Part shown: piece after piece, positions 17,251 through 27,009 of the stretch
How the letters are laid out: every line of letters begins with the position of its first letter
Numbering within the stretch: position 1 is the first letter of the stretch
Assembly: GCA_040005235.1 (NCBI GenBank)
Contig: JBDTZG010000010.1
Span: forward strand, 1 to 64,000
Direction: 5' to 3'
Length of the DNA stretch: 64,000 bases
Source: Acidobacteriota bacterium
GTDB lineage: Bacteria; Acidobacteriota; Thermoanaerobaculia; Multivoradales; UBA5704
The notes under the pieces: generated by a model
The model's database searches: none
Told to the model about the DNA's origin: nothing
What the model saw: the letters and a program-made list of their open reading frames with translations, nothing else
Position numbers and translations under genes: made by a program

Positions 17251-20200
17251 CCGTCCCGGCACCGAGCAGATTTTCGATCGACGCCACCAGCTCGCGGCCG
17301 AGGTCGATCGAAAAGGCGTCGCGGGTGCTGATGCGGTGGGTTCGTTCGCCCGCGCGCACCTCGAACGTTACCGGGATTGCGCCCGGGTTTTCGATCAGCA
17401 GGTCGCGCAGGCGGAGCATCTCTTTGGGGGGGAAATTCTCGGGCACCACCAGATCGACCCCGGCGACGATCTTGCCGCTGCCGAGCGACAGCGCCGTGAT
17501 GTCCATCGCCGACAGCTCGACGTCACTTCCCCGCTCGCGGACCTCGCCCCGGATCAGCACCACGGCTTCTTCGGTCACCATGTGGTTGAACTGCTGCATC
17601 TGGTTCGCGAACAGGGTCACCGGTATGCCGCCGTGCAGGTCTTCGAGCACGAATCGGCCCATGAAGCGGCCGGCGTTCGGCCCCATCTTGATTTTGGTCT
17701 TGCGGATCTGGGTGATCAGACCGCCGATCGTCACTTCCCCTTCGAAGCCTTCCTTGACGTCGGCCGTGGTGTGGGTGGCGAACCGCGCGAGATCCCCTTC
17801 GTAGGCAGAGAGCGGATTGCCCGAGAGGTAGAGGCCGAGCGTCTCCTTCTCGGCCGTGAGCACGTCGCGCTCCGACCATTCGGGCACCGAGGCGTCGATC
17901 CGCGGCTCGTCGCCGGTCGTGTGGCCCGACCCGCCGAAAAGGCTCGACTGGCCGGCGTCGCGTTCTTCGCGCTTGCGCTGGCCGTAATCGAGCACCCGGT
18001 CGAGGGCGGCGAGCTGCGCCGCGCGATGGGCGCCGATGTGGTCGAACGCTCCCGCCTTGATCAGGCACTCGAACACCTTGCGGTTCGCGACCCGGCCGTC
18101 GAGCTCGGCGGCGAGATGCGCGAGGCTGCGGAACTTGCCCAGCCGGCGCCGCGCGACGAGCAGCTCTTCGACGGCGTTTTCGCCGACGCCTTTCACGCCG
18201 CCGAGCCCGAAGCGGATCGTCTCGCCCGCGACCGTGAAGTAGTAGTCGCTCTCGTTGATGTCGGGCGGCAGCACGGGGATGCCCATGTTCTTGCACTCGC
18301 CGAGGTATTTGGCGATCGACTCCGACGACGACAGCTCGGAGTTGAGCATCGCGGCCATGAACGCCACCGGGTAATGCGCCTTCAGGTACGCGGTGCGATA
18401 GGCGAGCATCGCGTAGGCGACGCTGTGGCTCTTGTTGAAGCCGTAGCCGGCGAACGGCTCGATGTAGTCCCACAGCTCGGTCGCCTTCTGGCGGGCGACG
18501 CCGCGCCGTTCGGCGCCTGCCGCGAACTTCTCCTTCTGCTCGGCCATCATCGTTTCGTTCTTCTTGCCCATGGCCTTGCGCAGCACGTCCGCTTCGGCCA
18601 TCGAGAACCCGGCGACTTTGACCGCGATCAGCATCACCTGCTCTTGGTACACGATGACGCCGTAGGTCTCTTCCAAGATCTCGCGGGTCTCTTCGAGCGT
18701 GTAGACGACCTTTTTCTGGCCGAGCTTGCGCTTGATGTACTCCTCGACCATGCCGACCGAGAGAGCGCCCGGCCGGTAGAGCGCGTTGAACGCCGCCAAA
18801 TCCTCGAATTTGCTCGGCCGCGCGCGGCGCAGCAGATCGGTCATGCCGCGCGATTCAAACTGGAAGATGCCGCTGGTGCGCCCGTCGCAGAAGACCTTGA
18901 ATGTATCGAGATCGTCGAGCGGCACTTCGTTCCAGTCGAGATCGATCCCTTGGTGCTTGAGGATCTTTTCCGCGTCGTCGATCACCGTGAGAGTGCGCAG
19001 GCCGAGGAAGTCCATCTTGAGCAGACCGAGCTTCTCGATTACGTTCATGTCCCACTGGGTCATGATCTGCTCTTCGTCGCCCTTGACCACCCGGTAGAGC
19101 GGCACCAGCTCGTCGAGCGGCCGGGGGGTGATCACGACGCCCGCGGCGTGGACCGAGGCGTGGCGCGTGAGCCCCTCCAACCGAGAGCCGACCTCGATGA
19201 CCTGACGGACCTCCGGGTCGCGCGCCGCCTCGGACTTGAGCGGCTCTTCCTTCGCCACCTCGGCGAGCGACTTGGTCATGTCGGGGATCATCTTGGCGAT
19301 CCGGTCGACCTTGGCGTAGGGCATTCCCATCACCCGGCCGACGTCGCGGATCACCGCCTTGGCGGCGAGGGTTCCGAACGTGATGATTTGCGCCACGTGA
19401 TCGCGGCCGTATTTGCCGGTCACGTACGACAGGACCTCGCCGCGTCGCCGCATGCAGAAGTCGATGTCGATGTCGGGCATGCTGATCCGCTCGGGATTCA
19501 GGAAGCGCTCGAACAGCAGGTCGTACTGGAGCGGGTCGATGTCCGTGATCCGCAGGGCGTAGGAGACCACGGAGCCCGCCGCCGAGCCGCGCCCCGGCCC
19601 CACCGGCACTCCCGTCTCTTTCGCCTGGCGGACGAAGTCCCAGACCACCAGGAAGTAGCCGGGGAAGCCCATCTTCTTGATCACGCCAATCTCAAAGTCG
19701 AGCCGCTCGCGGTAGATTTTTTCGTCCGTCTTCACCAGGCCGGCGGCGCGCGGCTTCCTCAACTCCTGGAGGCGGCGTTCGAGGCCCTCTCGCGCAACCT
19801 GTTCGAAATAGCCGTCGAGCGTCTCGCCGGCCGGCACCGGAAACTCCGGCAGGTGGAACGTGCCCGTCGGGATCACCAGGTTGCACTGCTCGGCGATCCG
19901 GAGCGTGTTTTCGATCGCCGCGTGGTCGTTGGGAAACAGCTTGTGCATCTCGTCGGCCGACTTCATGTAGAAGTTGTCCGACGCGTAGCGCATCCGGTCC
20001 GGGTCCTGGAAGGTCTTCTGGGTGCCGATGCAGAGCAGGACGTCGTGGGCGAACGCGTCGTCCTTCTTCAAATAGTGGCAGTCGTTGGTGATCACGAGGG
20101 GCACGCCGTTCCGCTGGGCGATCCGCCGCACGGCGTCGGCCGCCAGGCGCTGCTCCTCGATCCCGTGGTCCTGCATCTCCAGGTAGTAATTCCCCTCCCC

Positions 20201-20695
20201 GAAGATCTCCAGGTGCTCCTTGACGGCGGCCTCCGCCTCCTTCTCGTGGCGGCCGACGACCTTCTCGTTGATTTCCCCCTTCAAACAGGCGGAAAGGCAG
20301 ATCAGCCCCTCGGCGTGCTTGCGCAGCAGCTCCTTGTCGAGCCGCGGCTTGTAGTAGAAGCCTTCGAGGAACGACGCGGAGGTGAGCTTGAGCAGGTTCT
20401 TGTAGCCGATCTCGTTCTTGGCCAACAGCACCAGATGGTTCGAAGAACCACGCCCGGGAGTGCGATCCAGCCGACTCCCCTGGGCGACATAGGCCTCCAT
20501 CCCCAGAATCGGCTTGATCCCCGCTTTCTTCGCCTTGTTGTAGAAGTCGATCGCCCCGAACATGTTGCCATGGTCGGTCAGAGCCACGGCAGGCTGCCCG
20601 GCCGCCACGGCGGCGGCCATCACGTCGTCGATCCGGTTCGCCCCGTCGAGCAGGCTGAACTGGCTATGGAGGTGCAGGTGAACGAAGTCGGACAT
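17219..20695 (-). CDS. dnaE: DNA polymerase III alpha subunit
   Basis: PHP HLHLHS..SLLDG, GPGRGSAAGS, MPDIDIDF, KMDFLGL and YGFNKSHS motifs, 1158 aa. Confidence 0.98.
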   Translation of the reverse strand: MSDFVHLHLHSQFSLLDGANRIDDVMAAAVAAGQPAVALTDHGNMFGAIDFYNKAKKAGIKPILGMEAYVAQGSRLDRTPGRGSSNHLVLLAKNEIGYKNLLKLTSASFLEGFYYKPRLDKELLRKHAEGLICLSACLKGEINEKVVGRHEKEAEAAVKEHLEIFGEGNYYLEMQDHGIEEQRLAADAVRRIAQRNGVPLVITNDCHYLKKDDAFAHDVLLCIGTQKTFQDPDRMRYASDNFYMKSADEMHKLFPNDHAAIENTLRIAEQCNLVIPTGTFHLPEFPVPAGETLDGYFEQVAREGLERRLQELRKPRAAGLVKTDEKIYRERLDFEIGVIKKMGFPGYFLVVWDFVRQAKETGVPVGPGRGSAAGSVVSYALRITDIDPLQYDLLFERFLNPERISMPDIDIDFCMRRRGEVLSYVTGKYGRDHVAQIITFGTLAAKAVIRDVGRVMGMPYAKVDRIAKMIPDMTKSLAEVAKEEPLKSEAARDPEVRQVIEVGSRLEGLTRHASVHAAGVVITPRPLDELVPLYRVVKGDEEQIMTQWDMNVIEKLGLLKMDFLGLRTLTVIDDAEKILKHQGIDLDWNEVPLDDLDTFKVFCDGRTSGIFQFESRGMTDLLRRARPSKFEDLAAFNALYRPGALSVGMVEEYIKRKLGQKKVVYTLEETREILEETYGVIVYQEQVMLIAVKVAGFSMAEADVLRKAMGKKNETMMAEQKEKFAAGAERRGVARQKATELWDYIEPFAGYGFNKSHSVAYAMLAYRTAYLKAHYPVAFMAAMLNSELSSSESIAKYLGECKNMGIPVLPPDINESDYYFTVAGETIRFGLGGVKGVGENAVEELLVARRRLGKFRSLAHLAAELDGRVANRKVFECLIKAGAFDHIGAHRAAQLAALDRVLDYGQRKREERDAGQSSLFGGSGHTTGDEPRIDASVPEWSERDVLTAEKETLGLYLSGNPLSAYEGDLARFATHTTADVKEGFEGEVTIGGLITQIRKTKIKMGPNAGRFMGRFVLEDLHGGIPVTLFANQMQQFNHMVTEEAVVLIRGEVRERGSDVELSAMDITALSLGSGKIVAGVDLVVPENFPPKEMLRLRDLLIENPGAIPVTFEVRAGERTHRISTRDAFSIDLGRELVASIENLLGAGTVKERLVPLPG

Positions 20696-20796
20696 GGGAT
20701 TAGCGAGTAGGGGCCTGACGGTTCAAAACGACGACGACTGGGGCCGGTTAGGAGGATACCAGATGGGGGGCGGGGGGCGGCGGCTGGTCAAAGTCG

Positions 20797-20894
20797 ACGG
20801 TCCTGTAGGGGCGCCCCCCCGTGGGCGCCCAGGGAGGCCACGAGTGTCGAACACCCAGCAGGGCGGTCACGGGGGGCCGCCCCTACAGGACCGT
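20797..20894. repeat. REP-like inverted pair (GTAG family)
   Basis: ACGGTCCTGTAGGGGCG ... CGCCCCTACAGGACCGT, 17-bp perfect outer arms with internal hairpins. Confidence 0.75.
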
Positions 20895-20909
20895 GTGAGG
20901 CTGCGCGAG

Positions 20910-21072
20910 CCCCGCGAGCGGTTGAAACCGCTCGCTATGTTACGTCGTCCCTACGGGACGAGACGCTGACGTTGCGCAGGTGCAAGGCTCTGCCCATGGC
21001 CGAGGCGGCGGCGCGGTCAACGTCCCGGCAGGGACGTCGTATCGTAGCGAGCGGTTTCAACCGCTCGCGGGG
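20910..21072. repeat. REP-like long inverted pair
   Basis: CCCCGCGAGCGGTTGAAACCGCTCGCTA...GTCCC..CGGGACG at 20910-20960 and its reverse complement at 21021-21072. Confidence 0.75.
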
Positions 21073-21142
21073 ATCGGGACAGCCGCGGCGCCTGGGCCCC
21101 ACCAAAACCGCCGCCGAGACGGCCGCGGTCCCAGGAACAGCC

Positions 21143-23995
21143 TCAGCCTGCCACCCCCAACGCCTCCTCCGCATCCGCCAGCTCCTCCAACCGGCGCCCA
21201 TACCCATGCTTCTCGATCAACCGCTTGGCCACGGCCAGTTCATCACGATCGCCGAAGAGACGGCCCCGACAGAGCGCGATGTCTGCCAGGTATAGTGGCA
21301 TCGGACCCCGCTCCGCGATCTCTTGCGCCTCGTCCAGATTAGCGCGGGCGGCGGCCGGATTGCCTTCGAGAAAGAGAAGCCAGGCTCGGGTGAGTAGGCC
21401 CCGCGGGATATGGTGCGTTGTGCCTGCGCGGCGGAGGCCATCAACGGCCTGTTCGATTTCTGCGTTGGCGGGGCCAAGTTCGGAGCCACTCAGAATGGCC
21501 CGATAGAGCGCCGCACGGCCGAGAGTAAGGTGGTCGAGGGCGACCATGAGGATGGAGTCCTGGTTACCGCCGCCCTGCAAATTTCGCCACTTGTTAACAG
21601 TTACCCGCTCTTCGACCTCGCGGATCGTCTCCAAGAGCGCATCCCACCCTCTCCGCTCATTCTTGCTGTATCCCCTCGCAGCTAATTCAGCCTTGGCGAG
21701 AAGGAGATCGCAGAACTGGAAGCCACGCAACGAGTAAGGCAGTGAGTTCTCAGACTGATCCTCGACCTGGACCCTCTCGGCCTCGCGGAAGAGCGCCAAA
21801 GCCTCGTCCCGGCGACCCGCGTGGTGAAGTGCGTCGCCGTACGTAGAGCGCCTGCCTATCCGAACAAGAGTATTCCCGCTACGTTCGGCGAACGCAACGG
21901 CCTCCTCGGCGTCCCGCACTGCAGAGGGGACATCTCCCAGCGTGAGTGCCAGCTCGCTCAGATTGCTCAAGTATTTTGCCGCGTTCTTCCAGTCCCCCGA
22001 CTTCGCGGCACGGTCAAAGCCGTCTCGCATTGGCTCCTGCGCCTCGGTCAGCCGACCCAAGGCTCGAAGGCAGAAAGCACAATCATTTAGGAGCGCGGCC
22101 TGATCGGCTTGGGTGACCAAAGGAGAGACTCGGCGCCAAAGAGACTCGAAAAAGCTGGCGATGGCTCCAAGGTCCGCACCAAACGCCCCAAGGTTTTTGA
22201 CGCTGAAATAGCCGCTCCTGCCAGAGCCTCGGTTAATGCGCGCGCGGTACACATCTGTCAATGTTTCCTGCTGACGCTCGGCGTGGCAGCCGTGGGATAC
22301 AGCCTGGTAAAGGGGCTCGAGACCTTCGAGCGTGTCGGGCTGGTACGGGGTCGTATCCCGCAGGTGCTCGAACAGCCGGCCATGCGCGGAGTGCCAGACT
22401 TCGGGGGTTTTCTCCCGGAGCTGGCGGGCGAAGTACTCGCGGACGAGCGGGTGGGCATCGAGAGTGGCGCCCTCCTTAGAAACGAGGCCGCGGTCGGCTA
22501 GACGCGAAACGGCAACGTTCCATGATCCATCGGAGACGCCAACGAGCGAATCAGTGAGTCCCGAAATCGCCGGCTCGCGGCGCAGCGCGAGGAGGCAGGC
22601 TTGATCGGCGGGCCGGTCGAAGAGACCGAGCAGCCGAAGCACGGCGAGCTGCCGGGCCGCCAGATCCGTTGTCTCCCCAAGAAACCAACGCTCGTAGGCT
22701 TCGATCGTCCGAAACGCGTGGCCTCCCTGTATCTCCCGGTCGGCCTCTTCGAATCCCACCAAATCACGCTTTCGGACATCGCTCTCATGCGCGTCGTGGA
22801 GGTACGAGCCGAGCAACTGGAGCGTCAGCGCATGGCCGTCCATCTCCTCGACGAGAGCTTCCTTTTCGGTCAGTCTTCCCTTCACCTGAAGCTTTTCGAG
22901 AAACGCCACCCCGGCAGTCGTGCTCAGCCGCTCCAACGACCACTCCGGTGCCGAAACGCCTCGGTACGCCGCGAGATCCTTAACGCTCTCGCGCGTCGTT
23001 ACAACGCATAGCCCGGGATTCTGCGCGGCTAAGCCACGTAGTAGCGCCGTGACTCCCGGATCTTTCAATTGCCCTGCGATCTCTTTAGGGCTCGACGGCG
23101 GGTACTGGAGCGGCTCCAGCCCGTCGAGAATCAAAAGTGCCTTCCTCCGCGCCACGAACGTAGCGAGCTTCGCGCCCTTTTCCCACCCGGACATCGCACT
23201 GCTCGCGAACTTCTCCCCTTCCTCCTCCCCGAAGAACCGGAGCGCCGCCGCGATGAATGGCTCGCCCGAGGCGGAACCTTCTTCCCTCGTGCCCTGGCTG
23301 TAGAACGACCAATCGAAGTAGTCGGCCCCGCCGAGATCCTTCTCTGCCGCCCATTTCGCGACCAGGGAGGTCTTACCAACACCACCCCAGGCAACCAGCG
23401 TGACGACGTGGATCTTCGGATCGGCCCAGGTGGCGTCCAGCTTCGCCAGCTCGGCTTCTCGGCCGAAGAGGTGCTCGGCGACATGGGTGAGTCGGGTGGG
23501 GGCGAGCTTGGGTGGCCGTCCGGAAGTTCTCGGCCAATATCGTGGCAGAAGGCGATCGAGCAACTCTTGGCGCTGATGAATCTCGTGCCAGATCCGCCCC
23601 CAAGGATAGACCTCAACTTCGAACAGACCCTGCGCCAGGTGGGCCGCCGTGATCTCCCGCGCCCGTTCGAGAATCCTTCCATCAGCGGCGCTCGTCGTCG
23701 CCAAGATGTAGCGCGAGAGGGCCGGCCGGAAACTGAGCGCGGCTCGCACCTCCGCTTCCAGATCCCCAACCGTCAGTTTCGAGCCGAGACGCACCTCTCG
23801 CTGTTTGCACTGAACACCGACCCATCGCCCGCCTTCCCTGCCGTACAAGTCGACGCCGTTCTGCCCATAACCCGAGCGGCCGTTCTGCGTAGCTCCGCCC
23901 TCCGCCTTCCAGATCTCTTGCCAGAGATCGAGGCATAGCAATTCAAATGCGCCGGATTCAGTGGGCGGAGGCAGCCTCTCCAGATGCGAGGTCAT
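21143..23995 (-). CDS. PD-(D/E)XK nuclease - STAND NTPase - TPR protein (NLR/Avs-like architecture)
   Basis: N-terminal FELLCLDL..GRSG.GQNGVD..VGVQCK (restriction-endonuclease-like), Walker A GGVGKT, Walker B LLILDG, GHALTL, HPLVREYF and C-terminal TPR helices. Confidence 0.85.
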   Translation of the reverse strand: MTSHLERLPPPTESGAFELLCLDLWQEIWKAEGGATQNGRSGYGQNGVDLYGREGGRWVGVQCKQREVRLGSKLTVGDLEAEVRAALSFRPALSRYILATTSAADGRILERAREITAAHLAQGLFEVEVYPWGRIWHEIHQRQELLDRLLPRYWPRTSGRPPKLAPTRLTHVAEHLFGREAELAKLDATWADPKIHVVTLVAWGGVGKTSLVAKWAAEKDLGGADYFDWSFYSQGTREEGSASGEPFIAAALRFFGEEEGEKFASSAMSGWEKGAKLATFVARRKALLILDGLEPLQYPPSSPKEIAGQLKDPGVTALLRGLAAQNPGLCVVTTRESVKDLAAYRGVSAPEWSLERLSTTAGVAFLEKLQVKGRLTEKEALVEEMDGHALTLQLLGSYLHDAHESDVRKRDLVGFEEADREIQGGHAFRTIEAYERWFLGETTDLAARQLAVLRLLGLFDRPADQACLLALRREPAISGLTDSLVGVSDGSWNVAVSRLADRGLVSKEGATLDAHPLVREYFARQLREKTPEVWHSAHGRLFEHLRDTTPYQPDTLEGLEPLYQAVSHGCHAERQQETLTDVYRARINRGSGRSGYFSVKNLGAFGADLGAIASFFESLWRRVSPLVTQADQAALLNDCAFCLRALGRLTEAQEPMRDGFDRAAKSGDWKNAAKYLSNLSELALTLGDVPSAVRDAEEAVAFAERSGNTLVRIGRRSTYGDALHHAGRRDEALALFREAERVQVEDQSENSLPYSLRGFQFCDLLLAKAELAARGYSKNERRGWDALLETIREVEERVTVNKWRNLQGGGNQDSILMVALDHLTLGRAALYRAILSGSELGPANAEIEQAVDGLRRAGTTHHIPRGLLTRAWLLFLEGNPAAARANLDEAQEIAERGPMPLYLADIALCRGRLFGDRDELAVAKRLIEKHGYGRRLEELADAEEALGVAG

Positions 23996-24051
23996 GACCG
24001 TTTCTCGTTTCTCTGAGTTACAGCGCAGAGCGTAACACTTGAAGGACATCC

Positions 24052-24132
24052 CCTGAGAGCGCCGAGCTCCAGCTCGTCCGCTTTGGCGACCTCGACCGCT
24101 TCGATGCCGAGCTGGTGCTCGGCGCTCCCAGG
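24052..24132. repeat. REP-like palindromic element (family 1)
   Basis: GAGCGCCGAGCTCCAGCTCG ... CGAGCTGGTGCTCGGCGCTC, homologous to 174-254. Confidence 0.75.
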
Positions 24133-24155
24133 TTTCACTCCGCCGGGCGTCGATT

Positions 24156-24584
24156 TCAATGAAGAGGATGGCGCCAATGCAGGCCGGGGAACTTGGCGAA
24201 GTCGCTGTCGGTGGAAATCCATTCGCAGTCGGATTCGATGGCCAGGGCCGCCAAATGCGCGTCGGTCACCAGGTTGCCTCGAGCGTTCACCGCGCGGCAG
24301 AGGTCGGAAAAGATGCTCCAATGGCGCGGTCCGGCCGAAACGGGGACGCAATTCGGAAGGGAACGGATCGCTTCGCCGAAGGCCAGCGCCACTTCGATCG
24401 GGGTTGGTTGGCTGAAAATCCTCGGGTTCGTCACGACTCGGACGAAGCCGCTCAGAACGACATCCGCCATCCCGAAAGGCTCGGCGCCGTTCAGGGATTC
24501 TTGGAGCCAGTTCTGGTAGAACGAGAACTCGGGACCGTCTTTTCGGTGGGCATAGACCAGGACGTTGACGTCAAACAGGAGCAT
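24156..24584 (-). CDS. vapC: VapC-family PIN toxin
   Basis: DVNVLVYAHR, GNLVTDAHLAALAIE and STDSDFAKFPGLHW motifs. Confidence 0.9.
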   Translation of the reverse strand: MLLFDVNVLVYAHRKDGPEFSFYQNWLQESLNGAEPFGMADVVLSGFVRVVTNPRIFSQPTPIEVALAFGEAIRSLPNCVPVSAGPRHWSIFSDLCRAVNARGNLVTDAHLAALAIESDCEWISTDSDFAKFPGLHWRHPLH

Positions 24585-24822
24585 CGTCCTGATCCATCAG
24601 GTCGAGCAGAGTAGCGGTGTGGTCGAGGTCTACTCCGGGTCGCAGCCAGCCGGAGCCCCAGGTAGGCAACTCTTCGGTCGGCTTCGAAGGACGCATGCTT
24701 CGCTCTCTGAGAAGGAGGCGCAGAGCCTCTTCGACCAGGGCCTGAAGCGTGGCGCCGCGAGCGATGGCAAAGCGTTCGGCCTCGGTAAGCAAATCCCCTT
24801 CCAAATGGATCTCTGTCCTCAT
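24571..24822 (-). CDS. VapB-like RHH antitoxin
   Basis: MRTEIHLEGDLL..TLQALVEEALR..LRPGVDLD, overlapping the vapC start. Confidence 0.85.
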   Translation of the reverse strand: MRTEIHLEGDLLTEAERFAIARGATLQALVEEALRLLLRERSMRPSKPTEELPTWGSGWLRPGVDLDHTATLLDLMDQDDAPV

Positions 24823-24908
24823 GCTGAAAAGATACTCCCGAGGCCGGGGCCTGTCCAGCGCGGCTGTCTGGTTTCCGTCGGGCATGAGACTCTTAGCGGC
24901 CGGCAGAC

Positions 24909-25221
24909 GAGAATCGCCGCCGGGGTCGAGAGAATCTCGGAAAGGCGCACAAGAATCTCCGCCGGGCGCAAGAATCTTCGCCGGGGTCGGGAGAATCGCC
25001 GTCGGGGTCGATCCCATCGCCGATGGGGTCGAGGTATTCGCCGAAAGTCGCACAAGAATCTGCGTCGGCCGCACAAATCTCACCGATGGGGTCGTGCCCA
25101 TCGACGTTGGGATCGAGGTATTCGTCGTTGGGAGCCTGCCCAACGGCGTTGGGAACGAGCCCATCGAAGAAAGTCGCACAAGAATCTGCGCCGGGCGCAC
25201 AAGAATCCGTCTTGGGATCGG
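24909..25221. repeat. Degenerate 21-bp tandem array (15 units, one of 19 bp)
   Basis: Units such as GAGAATCGCCGCCGGGGTCGA, AAGAATCTGCGTCGGCCGCAC, GCCCATCGACGTTGGGATCGA and AAGAATCTGCGCCGGGCGCAC in 21-bp register. Confidence 0.8.
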
Positions 25222-25370
25222 CGCCGAGCTGGTGCCCGGCGATCCCAGGAGAAAGCCTTCCCGACCCGATTCCCCCGCCCACCTCGCGTCTCTCGCTAGG
25301 ACTCCTCCCACTCGGTGCCGGCGACCGGAACCGAGCGGTTCGATTCAACCGAGACCAGGAAAGAGGAAAC

Positions 25371-26135
25371 ATGCTCAATCTCCGCTCCACCCTTGCAACG
25401 GCTTTCGTCGCCGCCGCGCTCCTTCTCGCGTCCACCGCCCAGGCCGAGCTTTCGAGGGCCGACAAAAAGAAGGCCGAGAAGATGCTTGCCGGCACTCTCT
25501 ACCTGCGGATCGACGGCCCATGCACCCAGGGACGCCAGCCGTTCGGCGTCTTCTTGAGCCCGCTCGTCGAGGTCTCGCCGCGGGGGGTCAACACCGATGC
25601 GGACCAGGGAGCCTCGTTCGGCTGGTACCACGCGAGCAGCACGGTCTGGGAGGTTCGGGTGAACGACACGGTCGAGCTGGATGAAACGGACTGGGACGAA
25701 GACACGGTCGAGATCGAGCTGACCGGGGTGGGCAAGACGGACGGCCACGACACGGTCGTCAAATTCACCCAGATCCGATCCCTCGCCGACTTCGAGGCGG
25801 CGTACAAGCTCACGTTTTCGAACCACCCGCTCCAAGACGAGCACCCCGACTGGCCGGAGAACATCCGCCAAGCGATCGCCGATCGGAAGCTCCTGCCGGG
25901 GATGAACAAGCGGCAGGCCTTCTATGTGGTCGGCAGCCCTGAGCAGGTCGACCAGGCGACCGAAGGGGAGAAGAAGGTCGAGACCTGGACCTTGCGCAGG
26001 AAGGGAATGGAGATCGGGTTCTTCGGCATCGATACCGGCGATCCTTCCGCCCCGGCCCAGAAGCTCCGCTTCGAGGACGGCCTGTTGGTCACGAGCAACG
26101 TCCACAATCCGAATCAGATCGACCTGGATCACTAA
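25371..26135 (+). CDS. Secreted protein with SmpA/OmlA-like C-terminal domain
   Basis: Signal peptide ending AQA. IRQAI..LLPGMNKRQA..VGSP..ETW...LRFEDGLL pattern. GAGG RBS. Confidence 0.8.
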   Translation: MLNLRSTLATAFVAAALLLASTAQAELSRADKKKAEKMLAGTLYLRIDGPCTQGRQPFGVFLSPLVEVSPRGVNTDADQGASFGWYHASSTVWEVRVNDTVELDETDWDEDTVEIELTGVGKTDGHDTVVKFTQIRSLADFEAAYKLTFSNHPLQDEHPDWPENIRQAIADRKLLPGMNKRQAFYVVGSPEQVDQATEGEKKVETWTLRRKGMEIGFFGIDTGDPSAPAQKLRFEDGLLVTSNVHNPNQIDLDH

Positions 26136-26221
26136 ACGCGCCCCCAAACCTTCCCCCCTTCCCCCGCGTAAGCTTCTCGAAGTCGAATCGTTTTTTCGAT
26201 TCCGGGGGGAGGGATTTCCCG

Positions 26222-26395
26222 TCGCTCGCCCTATCGCGCTTCCTTTCCGGTCTGCTCTACGGCGTCAGCGCGACCGAAGCGCCGACGCTTGCGGGGGTCT
26301 CCGCCCTGCTGCTCTTGGCGGCGCTCGCCGCCTGTCTCATCCCTGCCCGAAGGGCGGCCCGGACCGACCCGATCGTGGCGCTTCGGGCGGAATAG
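26222..26395 (+). pseudogene. C-terminal remnant of an ADOP/MacB-type ABC permease
   Basis: Translates SRFLSGLLYGVSATEAPT...AALAACLIPARRAARTDPIVALRAE*, the typical C-terminus of the family. No start codon or upstream body is present. Confidence 0.8.
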
Positions 26396-26580
26396 GAAGG
26401 AAGAACGAGGCCAGCGCAACGCCGAGACCGTAGGGGCGCACGCCCATTGAGAGCGCTGCCGCCCCTGGGAGGCCGTTTCTTCGGAGGGTACCCGGTTTGG
26501 CGCCTGGGCGCCGGGTCGGATAGATTGTCGCCAGATCCCGCGGCGTACCGGCAGGCGGCGCCCTTCTGGAGCCTTCCCTT

Positions 26581-26949
26581 ATGAGCTTTTCTCTGGCGAA
26601 CCCGTTCGTCTCGGCCCTGCTGGGCGCGCTCGTCGGGCTCGCGGCCGGTTGGCTCTGGCGGAACCAGCGGGTCCGCGAGCAGGCTCGCGAGCTGGCCGCC
26701 TGCCGGCCTCGGGTCGCCCGGCTTCACCAGGTCGAGGAGATCCTCGCCGAGAGGAACGGCGAGCTTGCGGCGCTCCAGACCGAGCTGGGCGATTTGCGGG
26801 AGCTGCGAGAAGCCCAGACGAAGGCGACTGGTCCGGCCATCGCCTCTCTACCCGCCCAGCAGGCCGCGCAGGCACCGCAGCAGTCTTCGCTCCCCTTGGT
26901 CGGCGATTCCCCCAAGCGCCGGAAGTCCGGATCTCGGGCCTCGTCCTGA
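26581..26949 (+). CDS. Small membrane-anchored coiled-coil protein
   Basis: N-terminal hydrophobic helix followed by a heptad-like segment. Confidence 0.6.
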   Translation: MSFSLANPFVSALLGALVGLAAGWLWRNQRVREQARELAACRPRVARLHQVEEILAERNGELAALQTELGDLRELREAQTKATGPAIASLPAQQAAQAPQQSSLPLVGDSPKRRKSGSRASS

Positions 26950-27009
26950 CCTTTTAAATCGCATCCTATGAACGGCGCCGACAGAAACCCGGCCCCGCGG
27001 AGAACCGAC

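Noticed and set aside
17336-20710. 1124-aa ORF on the plus strand
   Set aside because: Antisense shadow of dnaE caused by high-GC codon bias. No motifs.
24909-25221. Possible CRISPR array
   Set aside because: Contiguous degenerate units with no constant repeat or unique spacers, and no cas genes in the window.
24571-25311. 246-aa version of the antitoxin ORF and other long ORFs through the 21-bp array
   Set aside because: Antitoxin similarity starts at ATG 24822. The extensions are stop-free repeat sequence without a credible start.
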